This document shows, in pieces, positions 18,371 through 31,764 of a DNA stretch of 64,000 bases (positions are counted from its first letter, which is position 1; every line of letters begins with the position of its first letter). Under the pieces are notes generated by a model. That model had not been told where the DNA came from. It worked only from the letters and a program-made list of their open reading frames with translations, and ran no database searches. This DNA is from Escherichia coli O127:H6 str. E2348/69 (GTDB taxonomy: Bacteria > Pseudomonadota > Gammaproteobacteria > Enterobacterales > Enterobacteriaceae): NCBI RefSeq assembly GCF_000026545.1, contig NC_011601.1; one strand, 5' to 3'. Made by a program: the position numbers and the translations under genes.

Positions 18371-19081
18371 AAATGCGCCTATAAGGCTCTCTTACCAGCC
18401 GCGCCCTAACAGGCGCACACGATCTGACATTTGCATCCAACTTCGTTACTTACGGCCCGTAAACGGGCTGCCCGGATAGGGAATCGATAACTGCTCTCCC
18501 ATTTTATCCTCTTCAAGCTGGTGCTTTATGTAATCCTGTATCTTCGCCGTGTTCTTACCCACCGTATCGACGTAATACCCTCTGCACCAGAACTCCCTGT
18601 TCCTGTACTTGAATTTCAAATCACCAAACTGCTCGTAAAGCATCAGACTGCTTTTCCCTTTCAGATATCCCATAAAGCCGGATACGCTCATTTTGGGCGG
18701 GATCTCCACAAGCATATGGATATGATCTGCACAGCATTCAGCTTCCAGAATCCGTACACTTTTCCACTCACACAGCTTTCTCAAAATACAGCCTATTGCT
18801 CTACGCTTCTCTCTGTAGAACACCTGTCTTCGGTATTTTGGCGCAAATACTATGTGATATTTACAGTTCCATCGGGTGTGCGCTAAGCTCTTTTCGTTCC
18901 CCATTGGGACCCCCTTTTGATTTCTTGTTTGACACTTGCAGTTGCCAGACCGCAAGGTGTTTTAACAAATCAAAAGGGGTTTTAATAACTGGCTCAAAGC
19001 TGAAAGCTTTCCGGAACCCCCAGCCTAGCTGGGGGTTTTCTGTGCACAAAAATGGATGGTGCTAATTGCACCATCCCCTTT
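18371..19081 (-). mobile_element. IS200 insertion sequence (IS200/IS605 family); boundaries approximate, about +/-20 bp
   Basis: About 0.7 kb carrying a single Y1-transposase gene, with the two left-end hairpins typical of IS200 (19054..19077 and 19015..19037); fills an add-ydgJ spacer that is short in K-12 as I recall. Confidence 0.8.
18446..18904 (-). CDS. tnpA: IS200 transposase TnpA (HUH/Y1 family)
   Basis: 152 aa from MGNEKSLAHTRWNCKYHIVFAPKYRR...HIHMLVEIPPK; closely resembles Salmonella IS200 TnpA; the ORF track gives a longer 169-aa frame. Confidence 0.9.
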   Translation of the reverse strand: MGNEKSLAHTRWNCKYHIVFAPKYRRQVFYREKRRAIGCILRKLCEWKSVRILEAECCADHIHMLVEIPPKMSVSGFMGYLKGKSSLMLYEQFGDLKFKYRNREFWCRGYYVDTVGKNTAKIQDYIKHQLEEDKMGEQLSIPYPGSPFTGRK

Positions 19082-20122
19082 TCACGCAAGGCACAAAGTC
19101 ACGCGATGTTTGGCGGATTCGATGCCCAGCTCAATCAACTCCATTACCTGGATTGCCTGACTTGCCGGAACCGGATTTTCACCATCGCCATTTAACGCAT
19201 CACGAATAGCCGCATAGTAAGCCGGATAATTCCCCGGCACTGTCAACAGCGTTTCTTCGACACGTTCCTCACCTTCCACGCGGGTAAGTACGCCATCACG
19301 CATATCGTAGCCCCAGTCTTCCTGCGGCAGACGCTCGCCATTTTTCAGACGTTCTTCCTGTGGATCGAGGCCATATTTCACATAACTGCCTCGGGATCCA
19401 TGCACGATATACCGTGCTGACTCGGCTGCTGCCAGCATGGTGCCGTGTAAAATCACTCGCCGCTGCGGATAGGACAAGATAGCGTGGAAATAATCGGTCG
19501 ACTGCGCTCCGGGCCGTAACTGTGCCAAATCTACCGTCATGCTAACCGGTAAACCAAATAACGTAATGACCTGATCAAGAAGGTGCGGTGCTAAATCGTA
19601 CCAGATACCGCTGCCTGGGCCGCCCTGTTCACGCCAACGATCGCGCACCTGCGGACGGAAGCGGTCAAAATGGGACTCAAAGTAAGCAATTTCCCCCAGC
19701 ACGCCTTCCGCGAGCAAACCTTTTAGCGTCAGGAAATCGCTATCCCAGCGACGGTTATGGAATACAGACAGCACTCGCCCCAGGCTTTTTGCCAGCGCTT
19801 CCAGCTCTCGTGCTTGTGACAGTGTCACGGTAAAGGGTTTATCAACGACCACATGTTTACCCGCCTCAAGCGCCGCTTTGGCTAACGGAAAATGGGTATC
19901 GTTGGGTGTAGGAATGACAATCAGGTCTATGTTGGGATCGTTAAACAGATGCTTCGGCTCAGAGACAACCGTAACCGTTGGCCAGTCAGCTTTTACTTTT
20001 GTTTCATCGCTGCTGGAGATTACCGCCAGCTCCAGCCCGGGCGTGCCCGCAATCAGGGGCGCATGGAAGGTTTTGCTCGCATAACCATACCCAATCAACC
20101 CAACACGGATGTTGTCGCTCAT
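19082..20122 (-). CDS. ydgJ: predicted NAD(P)-dependent oxidoreductase (Gfo/Idh/MocA family)
   Basis: ORF track gives 359 aa; recognised N-terminus MSDNIRVGLIGYGYASK at 20122 (346 aa). Confidence 0.9.
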   Translation of the reverse strand: MSDNIRVGLIGYGYASKTFHAPLIAGTPGLELAVISSSDETKVKADWPTVTVVSEPKHLFNDPNIDLIVIPTPNDTHFPLAKAALEAGKHVVVDKPFTVTLSQARELEALAKSLGRVLSVFHNRRWDSDFLTLKGLLAEGVLGEIAYFESHFDRFRPQVRDRWREQGGPGSGIWYDLAPHLLDQVITLFGLPVSMTVDLAQLRPGAQSTDYFHAILSYPQRRVILHGTMLAAAESARYIVHGSRGSYVKYGLDPQEERLKNGERLPQEDWGYDMRDGVLTRVEGEERVEETLLTVPGNYPAYYAAIRDALNGDGENPVPASQAIQVMELIELGIESAKHRVTLCLA

Positions 20123-20364
20123 GTCATTGCCTCTCATTGAAGTATGATGGCTATTTGACACTATCCTTTACCCTCGCTCAACAGTTTAATAACCTGCCAG
20201 CAATAAGGGATGTTGTTTAACTTAAGTCAAAAAAATAGCGATTTTTCCAACGACAAAAGCTAAATATTGCAAAAACCTCAGTAAAAATCTTGCTGGAGCT
20301 ATTATTGCTAAGTAACATTTACCCCCTGAAGTTAATGGATCAATCAACAGAGATGTGGGCTGTA

Positions 20365-20490
20365 ATGAATCGTCTTATTGAATTAACAGGTTGGATCGTT
20401 CTTGTCGTTTCAGTCGTTCTTCTTGGCGTGGCGAGTCACATTGACAACTATCAGCCACCTGAACAGAGTACTACAGTACAACACAAGTAA
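20365..20490 (+). CDS. blr: small membrane protein Blr (41 aa)
   Basis: MNRLIELTGWIVLVVSVVLLGVASHIDNYQPPEQ... inside the larger ORF 20290..20490. Confidence 0.8.
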   Translation: MNRLIELTGWIVLVVSVVLLGVASHIDNYQPPEQSTTVQHK

Positions 20491-20762
20491 GCTCTGCACT
20501 TGTTGAGCGACATGCTGCCCGTCCGGGTGCATGTTTTCACTTGTCGGATATTAAACCAGGAATTTATTATCTTGTTCGATGTTGTTGATGATTGTCAGGG
20601 ATAGTAAAGCGCGTTACTCTTTCCAGAGCAGTTTTTCATCCCTGAATATTTGCCATCAGCACATTCTTATTATTGTAATAACACAAGCATTCACTTTTGG
20701 TGAAATTTTATCATCACTAATAATACCTACCCCTTTGGTATTAATTATTTTATGGACCTTTT

Positions 20763-20978
20763 ATGACTGTTCAGGACTACTTATTAAAATTTCGCAAAAT
20801 CAGTTCACTCGAAAGTCTGGAAAAACTCTACGACCATCTTAATTACACCCTGACGGACGATCAGGAACTGATCAATATGTATCGTGCTGCCGATCACCGT
20901 CGCGCAGAGCTGGTTTCTGGCGGGCGTTTGTTTGACCTCGGCCAGGTACCGAAGTCCGTCTGGCACTATGTCCAGTAA
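20763..20978 (+). CDS. cnu: Hha/YmoA-family H-NS modulator Cnu (YdgT)
   Basis: 71-aa ORF, recognised sequence, AT-rich upstream region. Confidence 0.92.
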
Positions 20979-21063
20979 AGAAAGTAGCGATCGGTTATAA
21001 AAGCCTTATAATAACGCCCCTAAAATTAGATTTGTCTGTTTGCGCCGCTATTCTGGAGAACCT

Positions 21064-21504
21064 ATGACCACCACAACGCCACAACGTATTGGAGGCTGGT
21101 TGCTTGGCCCGTTGGCCTGGCTTTTAGTCGCTCTGTTGAGTACGACGCTGGCATTGTTGCTGTATACCGCTGCGTTATCTTCTCCGCAAACATTTCAAAC
21201 GCTCGGCGGACAAGCACTGACGACACAAATCTTATGGGGCGTTTCTTTTATTACCGCTATCGCCATGTGGTATTACACACTGTGGTTGACCATCGCTTTC
21301 TTTAAACGTCGGCGTTGTGTTCCTAAACACTATATTATCTGGCTGCTTATTTCCGTATTGCTGGCAGTAAAAGCGTTCGCTTTTTCACCCGTAGAAGATG
21401 GCATAGCCGTTCGCCAGTTGCTGTTTACTTTGTTGGCAACCGCATTGATCGTCCCCTATTTCAAACGCTCGTCGCGGGTGAAAGCGACGTTTGTGAATCC
21501 GTAA
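21064..21504 (+). CDS. ydgK: inner membrane protein YdgK
   Basis: 146 aa from MTTTTPQRIGGWLLGPLAWLL; four predicted TM segments. Confidence 0.88.
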   Translation: MTTTTPQRIGGWLLGPLAWLLVALLSTTLALLLYTAALSSPQTFQTLGGQALTTQILWGVSFITAIAMWYYTLWLTIAFFKRRRCVPKHYIIWLLISVLLAVKAFAFSPVEDGIAVRQLLFTLLATALIVPYFKRSSRVKATFVNP

Positions 21505-21580
21505 TAACCTTACAGTTAACCTGTTGTCGCCTGCTCTGAATTAACGGATAATAGGCGGCTTTTTTATTTCAGGCCGAAAA

Positions 21581-22161
21581 ATGACTGACTACCTGTTACT
21601 GTTTGTCGGAACTGTACTGGTCAATAACTTTGTACTGGTCAAGTTTCTCGGTCTCTGTCCGTTTATGGGGGTTTCCAAAAAGCTGGAAACCGCGATGGGC
21701 ATGGGGCTGGCAACAACGTTTGTGATGACGCTGGCGTCTATTTGCGCCTGGCTTATCGATACGTGGATTTTGATCCCACTTAATCTGATTTACCTGCGCA
21801 CCCTGGCGTTTATTCTGGTGATTGCTGTGGTTGTGCAGTTCACCGAAATGGTGGTGCGCAAAACCAGCCCGGTACTTTACCGTCTGCTGGGGATTTTTTT
21901 GCCGCTTATCACCACCAACTGTGCCGTGCTCGGCGTGGCGTTGCTGAATATCAATCTCGGGCACAATTTCTTGCAGTCAGCGCTGTACGGTTTTTCCGCC
22001 GCTGTCGGTTTCTCGCTGGTGATGGTGCTCTTCGCCGCCATCCGCGAACGCCTTGCTGTGGCTGATGTCCCGGCACCTTTTCGCGGTAATGCCATTGCGT
22101 TAATTACCGCAGGTCTTATGTCTCTGGCCTTTATGGGCTTTAGTGGTTTGGTGAAGTTGTA

Positions 22162-22162
<1 letters not shown>
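21581..22162 (+). CDS. rsxA: Rnf-type electron transport complex subunit RsxA
   Basis: 193-aa polytopic membrane ORF, first gene of rsxABCDGE. Confidence 0.95.
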
Positions 22163-24958
<2,796 letters not shown>

Positions 24959-26017
24959 ATGGTATTCAGAATAGCTAGCTCCCCTTATACCCATAACCAG
25001 CGCCAGACATCGCGCATTATGCTGTTGGTATTGCTCGCAGCCGTGCCAGGAATCGCAGCGCAACTGTGGTTTTTTGGTTGGGGTACTCTCGTTCAGATCC
25101 TGTTGGCGTCGGTCAGTGCTCTTCTGGCCGAAGCTCTCGTCCTCAAACTACGCAAGCAGTCGGTAGCTGCAACGTTGAAAGATAACTCAGCATTGCTGAC
25201 AGGCTTATTGCTGGCGGTAAGTATTCCCCCCCTCGCGCCATGGTGGATGGTCGTGCTGGGTACGGTGTTTGCGGTGATCATCGCTAAACAGTTGTATGGC
25301 GGTCTGGGGCAAAACCCGTTTAATCCGGCAATGATTGGTTATGTGGTCTTACTGATCTCCTTCCCGGTGCAGATGACCAGTTGGTTACCGCCACATGAAA
25401 TTGCGGTCAACATCCCTGGTTTTATCGACACCATACAGGTTATTTTCAGTGGTCATACCGCCAGTGGTGGTGATATGAACACGCTACGCTTAGGTATTGA
25501 TGGCATTAGTCAGGCGACACCGCTGGATACATTTAAAACCTCTGTCCGTGCCGGTCATTCGGTTGAAGAGATTATGCAATATCCGATCTACAGCGGTATT
25601 CTGGCGGGCGCTGGTTGGCAATGGGTAAATCTCGCCTGGCTGGCTGGCGGCGTGTGGTTGCTATGGCAGAAAGCGATTCGCTGGCATATTCCCCTCAGCT
25701 TCTTAGTAACGCTGGCGTTATGCGCAACGTTGGGCTGGTTGTTCTCACCAGATACTCTGGCAGCACCACAAATTCATCTGCTGTCTGGTGCGACCATGCT
25801 CGGCGCATTCTTTATTTTGACTGACCCGGTTACTGCTTCTACGACCAATCGTGGTCGTCTTATTTTCGGCGCGCTGGCGGGCTTATTAGTCTGGTTGATC
25901 CGCAGTTTCGGCGGCTATCCTGACGGCGTGGCTTTTGCCGTCCTGCTGGCGAACATCACGGTTCCTCTGATCGATTACTACACGCGTCCGCGCGTCTACG
26001 GCCATCGCAAAGGGTAA
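24959..26017 (+). CDS. rsxD: Rnf-type complex subunit RsxD
   Basis: 352-aa membrane ORF. Confidence 0.95.
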   Translation: MVFRIASSPYTHNQRQTSRIMLLVLLAAVPGIAAQLWFFGWGTLVQILLASVSALLAEALVLKLRKQSVAATLKDNSALLTGLLLAVSIPPLAPWWMVVLGTVFAVIIAKQLYGGLGQNPFNPAMIGYVVLLISFPVQMTSWLPPHEIAVNIPGFIDTIQVIFSGHTASGGDMNTLRLGIDGISQATPLDTFKTSVRAGHSVEEIMQYPIYSGILAGAGWQWVNLAWLAGGVWLLWQKAIRWHIPLSFLVTLALCATLGWLFSPDTLAAPQIHLLSGATMLGAFFILTDPVTASTTNRGRLIFGALAGLLVWLIRSFGGYPDGVAFAVLLANITVPLIDYYTRPRVYGHRKG

Positions 26018-26020
26018 ACC

Positions 26021-26641
26021 ATGCTGAAAACTATCCGAAAACACGGCATTACGTTGGCGCTCTTTGCAGCGGGTTCAACAGGGTTAACTGCGGCCATCAA
26101 CCAGATGACCAAAACGACAATTGCTGAACAGGCCAGTCTGCAACAAAAGGCGTTATTTGATCAGGTGCTGCCAGCTGAACGCTATAACAATGCGCTGGCA
26201 CAGAGTTGCTATCTGGTCACTGCGCCAGAGTTAGGTAAAGGTGAGCATCGGGTTTACATCGCCAAACAGGATGACAAACCGGTAGCTGCCGTTCTGGAAG
26301 CAACCGCGCCAGATGGCTATTCAGGTGCGATTCAGCTGCTGGTAGGAGCCGATTTTAACGGCACGGTACTTGGCACGCGCGTGACTGAGCACCACGAAAC
26401 GCCAGGGCTTGGCGATAAAATCGAACTGCGCCTTTCTGACTGGATCACCCATTTTGCGGGTAAAAAAATCAGTGGTGCGGATGATGCGAACTGGGCGGTG
26501 AAGAAAGATGGTGGTGATTTCGACCAGTTCACCGGCGCGACGATTACTCCCCGCGCGGTGGTTAATGCGGTAAAACGCGCCGGATTGTACGCTCAGACGT
26601 TACCGGCACAACTTTCTCAACTTCCTGCCTGTGGAGAATAA
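26021..26641 (+). CDS. rsxG: Rnf-type complex subunit RsxG (FMN-binding)
   Basis: 206-aa ORF. Confidence 0.95.
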   Translation: MLKTIRKHGITLALFAAGSTGLTAAINQMTKTTIAEQASLQQKALFDQVLPAERYNNALAQSCYLVTAPELGKGEHRVYIAKQDDKPVAAVLEATAPDGYSGAIQLLVGADFNGTVLGTRVTEHHETPGLGDKIELRLSDWITHFAGKKISGADDANWAVKKDGGDFDQFTGATITPRAVVNAVKRAGLYAQTLPAQLSQLPACGE

Positions 26642-26644
26642 AAC

Positions 26645-27340
26645 GTGAGCGAAATTAAAGACGTTATTGTTCAGGGGTTGTGGAAAAACAACTCTGCGCT
26701 GGTCCAGCTGCTCGGCCTTTGTCCTCTGTTGGCGGTCACGTCCACTGCCACTAACGCTCTGGGTTTAGGACTTGCGACTACGCTGGTACTGACGCTAACC
26801 AACCTGACCATTTCGACGCTGCGTCACTGGACACCCGCCGAGATCCGCATTCCCATTTACGTGATGATCATCGCCTCGGTGGTCAGCGCTGTACAGATGC
26901 TGATCAACGCCTACGCCTTTGGCCTGTATCAATCATTAGGGATTTTTATTCCGCTGATTGTCACTAACTGTATCGTTGTGGGCCGCGCTGAAGCCTTCGC
27001 CGCCAAAAAAGGTCCGGCGCTTTCGGCACTGGACGGCTTTTCAATTGGTATGGGCGCAACCTGCGCCATGTTCGTGCTGGGTTCACTACGCGAAATTATC
27101 GGCAATGGCACGTTGTTTGACGGTGCAGATGCGCTGTTAGGTAGCTGGGCAAAAGTATTACGCGTGGAGATTTTCCACACCGACTCCCCTTTCCTGCTGG
27201 CGATGCTGCCACCAGGTGCATTTATTGGCCTGGGACTGATGCTGGCAGGAAAATACCTGATTGATGAAAAAATGAAAAAGCGCCGTACTGAAGCAGCTGC
27301 CGAACGTGCATTGCCAAACGGTGAAACAGGGAATGTCTGA
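26645..27340 (+). CDS. rsxE: Rnf-type complex subunit RsxE
   Basis: 231-aa membrane ORF. Confidence 0.95.
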   Translation: MSEIKDVIVQGLWKNNSALVQLLGLCPLLAVTSTATNALGLGLATTLVLTLTNLTISTLRHWTPAEIRIPIYVMIIASVVSAVQMLINAYAFGLYQSLGIFIPLIVTNCIVVGRAEAFAAKKGPALSALDGFSIGMGATCAMFVLGSLREIIGNGTLFDGADALLGSWAKVLRVEIFHTDSPFLLAMLPPGAFIGLGLMLAGKYLIDEKMKKRRTEAAAERALPNGETGNV

Positions 27341-27975
27341 TGAACAAAGCAAAACGCCTGGAGATCCTCACTCGCCTGCGTGAGAACAATCCTCATCCCA
27401 CCACCGAGCTTAATTTCAGTTCGCCTTTTGAATTGCTGATTGCCGTACTGCTTTCCGCTCAGGCGACCGATGTCAGTGTTAATAAGGCGACGGCGAAACT
27501 CTACCCGGTGGCTAATACGCCTGCAGCGATGCTTGAACTGGGCGTTGAAGGGGTGAAAACCTATATCAAAACGATTGGCCTTTATAACAGCAAAGCAGAA
27601 AATATCATCAAAACCTGCCGTATCTTACTGGAACAACATAATGGCGAGGTTCCGGAAGATCGTGCTGCGCTTGAAGCCCTGCCTGGTGTAGGTCGTAAAA
27701 CAGCCAACGTCGTATTAAACACTGCATTCGGCTGGCCGACTATTGCTGTCGACACGCACATTTTCCGCGTTTGCAATCGTACTCAATTTGCGCCGGGGAA
27801 AAACGTCGAACAGGTAGAAGAAAAGCTACTGAAAGTGGTTCCGGCAGAGTTTAAAGTCGACTGCCACCATTGGTTGATCCTGCACGGGCGTTATACCTGC
27901 ATTGCCCGCAAGCCTCGCTGTGGCTCTTGTATTATTGAAGATCTTTGTGAATACAAAGAGAAAGTTGACATCTAA
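27340..27975 (+). CDS. nth: endonuclease III (DNA glycosylase/AP lyase)
   Basis: 211 aa; C-terminal Cx6CxxCx5C iron-sulfur motif; start overlaps the rsxE stop. Confidence 0.96.
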   Translation: MNKAKRLEILTRLRENNPHPTTELNFSSPFELLIAVLLSAQATDVSVNKATAKLYPVANTPAAMLELGVEGVKTYIKTIGLYNSKAENIIKTCRILLEQHNGEVPEDRAALEALPGVGRKTANVVLNTAFGWPTIAVDTHIFRVCNRTQFAPGKNVEQVEEKLLKVVPAEFKVDCHHWLILHGRYTCIARKPRCGSCIIEDLCEYKEKVDI

Positions 27976-28585
27976 AGATCAGGGGTAACACCGATTACCC
28001 CATTCATAACCTTTCTTTATCCTCTTTTAAAACATCTTTTTAACGTCAATGATGCCATTGCTTAGCGTTATCATCAGGTAATCCGTTTGCAGATAACCAA
28101 AAATGCAGGTTAATTGTTTTTTTAATAGCGAAATTTTCTATTCATTCGTGATCAAGATCACGATGCTGTGGCAATGTAAAAACATTGCAAGAATCAGGTT
28201 AAAATCATTTAAATTTACACACGCAACAAATATTGACCTACAAAACATTACACTGGCTATTTTTCAGAAACTGGACTATCTCACTAGGAAAAACGCCAAA
28301 TAGTAGAACATATCGCCATTGAGCCATCATCACCCTCTCAGGGTAGTGAAAAAATCTGCCGTTACGTTTTTTGAAAAATTTAACGCTGGATAACATTTCC
28401 CGGAATGGTTGAATTCCCCGCCTCAGTTATATGTAACAGATTATTACAAAGGACTTGTCTGAAAGTGCAAGATAGTGAACATTACCTGCCGTTTCCCCTC
28501 CCACTATAACAATTGCGCGTATGTTTTTTAGGCATAACGCGAGAAAGCACCCCCGTTAATATGGGATGTAAAAAAAGAGGTAAAA

Positions 28586-30088
28586 GTGTCCACTGCAAAC
28601 CAAAAACCAACTGAAAGCGTCAGTTTGAACGCTTTCAAACAACCGAAGGCGTTCTATCTCATCTTCTCGATTGAGTTATGGGAACGTTTTGGTTATTACG
28701 GCCTACAAGGAATTATGGCTGTTTACCTGGTTAAACAACTGGGTATGTCTGAAGCGGATTCAATCACCCTTTTCTCTTCCTTTAGTGCCCTGGTTTATGG
28801 TCTGGTCGCTATCGGCGGCTGGTTAGGTGACAAGGTACTGGGTACTAAACGCGTAATTATGCTTGGCGCTATTGTGCTGGCGATTGGTTATGCTCTGGTT
28901 GCCTGGTCTGGTCACGACGCCGGTATCGTTTATATGGGTATGGCGGCTATTGCGGTCGGTAACGGCCTGTTTAAAGCTAACCCGTCTTCTCTGCTTTCTA
29001 CATGCTATGAGAAAAACGACCCGCGTCTGGACGGTGCATTCACCATGTACTACATGTCCGTCAACATCGGCTCTTTCTTCTCTATGATCGCCACCCCGTG
29101 GCTGGCCGCGAAATACGGCTGGAGTGTTGCGTTTGCGTTGAGCGTTGTAGGCCTGCTGATCACTATCGTTAACTTCGCCTTCTGCCAACGCTGGGTTAAA
29201 CAGTACGGTTCAAAACCAGACTTCGAGCCTATCAACTACCGTAACCTGCTGCTGACCATTATTGGTGTTGTGGCACTGATCGCTATCGCCACCTGGCTGC
29301 TGCACAATCAGGAAGTTGCGCGTATGGCGCTGGGCGTTGTTGCATTCGGTATTGTGGTTATCTTCGGTAAAGAAGCTTTCGCGATGAAAGGTGCTGCGCG
29401 TCGTAAAATGATCGTTGCCTTCATCCTGATGCTCGAAGCCATTATCTTCTTCGTGCTTTATAGCCAGATGCCAACGTCACTGAACTTCTTTGCGATTCGT
29501 AACGTTGAACACACCATTCTGGGCCTGGCCGTAGAACCTGAGCAGTATCAGGCACTGAACCCGTTCTGGATCATCATTGGTAGCCCGATTCTGGCCGCTA
29601 TCTATAACAAGATGGGCGATACCCTGCCAATGCCAACCAAGTTTGCTATCGGCATGGTGATGTGTTCTGGTGCGTTCCTGATTCTGCCGCTGGGTGCGAA
29701 ATTCGCGTCTGACGCTGGTATCGTGTCTGTAAGCTGGCTGGTCGCGAGCTATGGCCTGCAGAGTATCGGGGAACTGATGATCTCTGGCCTGGGTCTGGCA
29801 ATGGTTGCACAACTCGTTCCGCAGCGTCTGATGGGCTTCATTATGGGTAGCTGGTTCCTGACCACTGCCGGTGCAAACCTGATTGGTGGTTATGTTGCAG
29901 GTATGATGGCTGTGCCGGATAACGTTACCGATCCGCTGATGTCACTGGAAGTCTATGGTCGCGTATTCTTGCAGATTGGTGTCGCTACTGCCGTTATTGC
30001 AGTACTGATGCTGTTTACCGCGCCGAAACTGCACCGCATGACGCAGGATGACGCTGCAGACAAAGCGGCGAAAGCAGCCGTAGCGTAA
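28586..30088 (+). CDS. dtpA: proton-dependent di/tripeptide permease (POT family)
   Basis: 500-aa ORF, 12-14 TM, recognised sequence; long AT-rich 5' region. Confidence 0.95.
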
Positions 30089-30110
30089 AATTCAGGGAAA
30101 CTCTTTTACA

Positions 30111-30143
30111 AGCCGCTAACTTTTCGTTAGCGGCTTTTTTTTT
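30111..30143 (+). terminator. intrinsic terminator of dtpA
   Basis: agccgctaac-ttttc-gttagcggct hairpin followed by a run of nine T. Confidence 0.8.
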
Positions 30144-30193
30144 GTTCAGCAACGCACTACCATACTTTAAACCACAGACAAAAGGAGTTACCG

Positions 30194-30799
30194 ATGAAAT
30201 TGTTCTACAAACCGGGCGCCTGCTCTCTCGCTTCCCATATCACCCTGCGTGAGAGCGGAAAGGATTTTACGCTCGTCAGTGTGGATTTAATGAAAAAACG
30301 TCTCGAAAACGGTGACGATTACTTTGCCGTTAACCCTAAGGGACAGGTACCTGCATTGCTGCTGGACGATGGTACTTTGCTGACGGAAGGCGTAGCGATT
30401 ATGCAGTATCTTGCCGACAGCGTCCCCGACCGCCAGTTGCTGGCACCGGTAAACAGTATTTCCCGCTATAAAACCATCGAATGGCTGAATTACATCGCCA
30501 CCGAGCTGCATAAAGGTTTCACACCTCTGTTTCGCCCTGATACACCGGAAGAGTACAAATCGACAGTTCGCGCGCAGCTGGAGAAGAAGCTGCAATATGT
30601 GAACGAGGCACTGAAGGATGAGCATTGGATCTGCGGGCAACGATTTACAATTGCTGATGCCTATCTGTTTACGGTTCTGCGCTGGGCATACGCGGTGAAA
30701 CTGAATCTGGAAGGGTTAGAGCACATTGCGGCATTTATGCAACGTATGGCTGAACGTCCGGAAGTACAAGACGCGCTGTCAGCGGAAGGCTTAAAGTAA
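30194..30799 (+). CDS. gstA: glutathione S-transferase
   Basis: 201-aa ORF starting [20 protein letters not shown]. Confidence 0.95.
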   Translation: MKLFYKPGACSLASHITLRESGKDFTLVSVDLMKKRLENGDDYFAVNPKGQVPALLLDDGTLLTEGVAIMQYLADSVPDRQLLAPVNSISRYKTIEWLNYIATELHKGFTPLFRPDTPEEYKSTVRAQLEKKLQYVNEALKDEHWICGQRFTIADAYLFTVLRWAYAVKLNLEGLEHIAAFMQRMAERPEVQDALSAEGLK

Positions 30800-30842
30800 T
30801 AGCCATCGGCCCACAGGTCGTTGTGGGCCGAAATGAGATATT

Positions 30843-31706
30843 TCAGAGCTTTGTTGCGCTGAAATAATGTTCTGGATTGGCAATACGATCCTGAGCAGCA
30901 ACCACTTGCAGCTCATATTCCTGCATTGCTTTTGTGGTCACCATGATTTCGTATACTGCAGCGGTCACATGTTCCAGGGCCTCCTGCAGCGTTGCCCCCT
31001 GAAGCAGTTTCACCAGCAGTAAACCGCTCGTCACATCACCAACACCTACCGGCTGGCGCATACCAAAATCCACCAGCGGACGGCTGATATGCCAGGCTTC
31101 ATCGGTGGTGACTAGCAGCATTTCAAAACGGTCACGGCTGTAGCCAGCTCGCGCCAGGTGTTTAACCAACACAATTTGTGGCCCTTGCGCAATGAGTTCG
31201 CGCGCTGCCAGAACCGCTTCTTCGACGTTATTTACCGGATGCTCACAGAGTATTTCCAGCTCAACCAGATTCGGCGCAATGATATCGCTGGCAGGCAAAC
31301 CGTGCCGCACATGAAACTCTGCGACACCCGGTGCAACGATACAGCCTTTTTCCGGATGACCCATTACCGGATCGCAAAAATATTTCGCCTGTGGATTCGC
31401 TGCTTTCACCTGACGAACGATACCGAGGATATGTTCACCCTGCTCCGCCGATCCCAGATAGCCACTTAATACGGCATCACAGGTGTGTAATTTATCAATG
31501 GCGGCAATGCCTTGCACAATTTCGGTTAAATGGCTGGGCGGCATCACGCAACCGGTCCATTTGCCGTATTGGGTGTGATTAGAAAATTGAACGGTGTTCA
31601 GCGGCCAGACGTTCGCGCCCAGGCGGCGCATCGGAAACTCTGCCGCACTGTTACCCGCATGACCATAAACAACGTGAGACTGGATAGCGAGAATATTTTT
31701 CATCAT
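30843..31706 (-). CDS. pdxY: pyridoxal kinase 2
   Basis: 287-aa ORF, ribokinase-like fold. Confidence 0.93.
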   Translation of the reverse strand: MMKNILAIQSHVVYGHAGNSAAEFPMRRLGANVWPLNTVQFSNHTQYGKWTGCVMPPSHLTEIVQGIAAIDKLHTCDAVLSGYLGSAEQGEHILGIVRQVKAANPQAKYFCDPVMGHPEKGCIVAPGVAEFHVRHGLPASDIIAPNLVELEILCEHPVNNVEEAVLAARELIAQGPQIVLVKHLARAGYSRDRFEMLLVTTDEAWHISRPLVDFGMRQPVGVGDVTSGLLLVKLLQGATLQEALEHVTAAVYEIMVTTKAMQEYELQVVAAQDRIANPEHYFSATKL

Positions 31707-31764
31707 GTTCCCTGTATAAAAACCAGGGGGAGTGATTTCTCACTCCCCCTTTCCACTTAATGCA

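Noticed and set aside
18346-19081. Possibility of a larger foreign island or cargo genes associated with the IS200
   Set aside because: The element is only about 0.7 kb with tnpA alone, and flanking genes add and ydgJ are intact and syntenic.
28103-28303. 66-aa ORF in the nth-dtpA intergenic region
   Set aside because: AT-rich regulatory DNA, no ribosome-binding site, unusual composition; more likely promoter/5' UTR of dtpA.
30807-30830. Hairpin between gstA and pdxY as a terminator or REP element
   Set aside because: A 9-bp stem exists (cggcccaca / tgtgggccg) but there is no flanking T-run on either strand and it does not match the REP consensus, so I did not call it.
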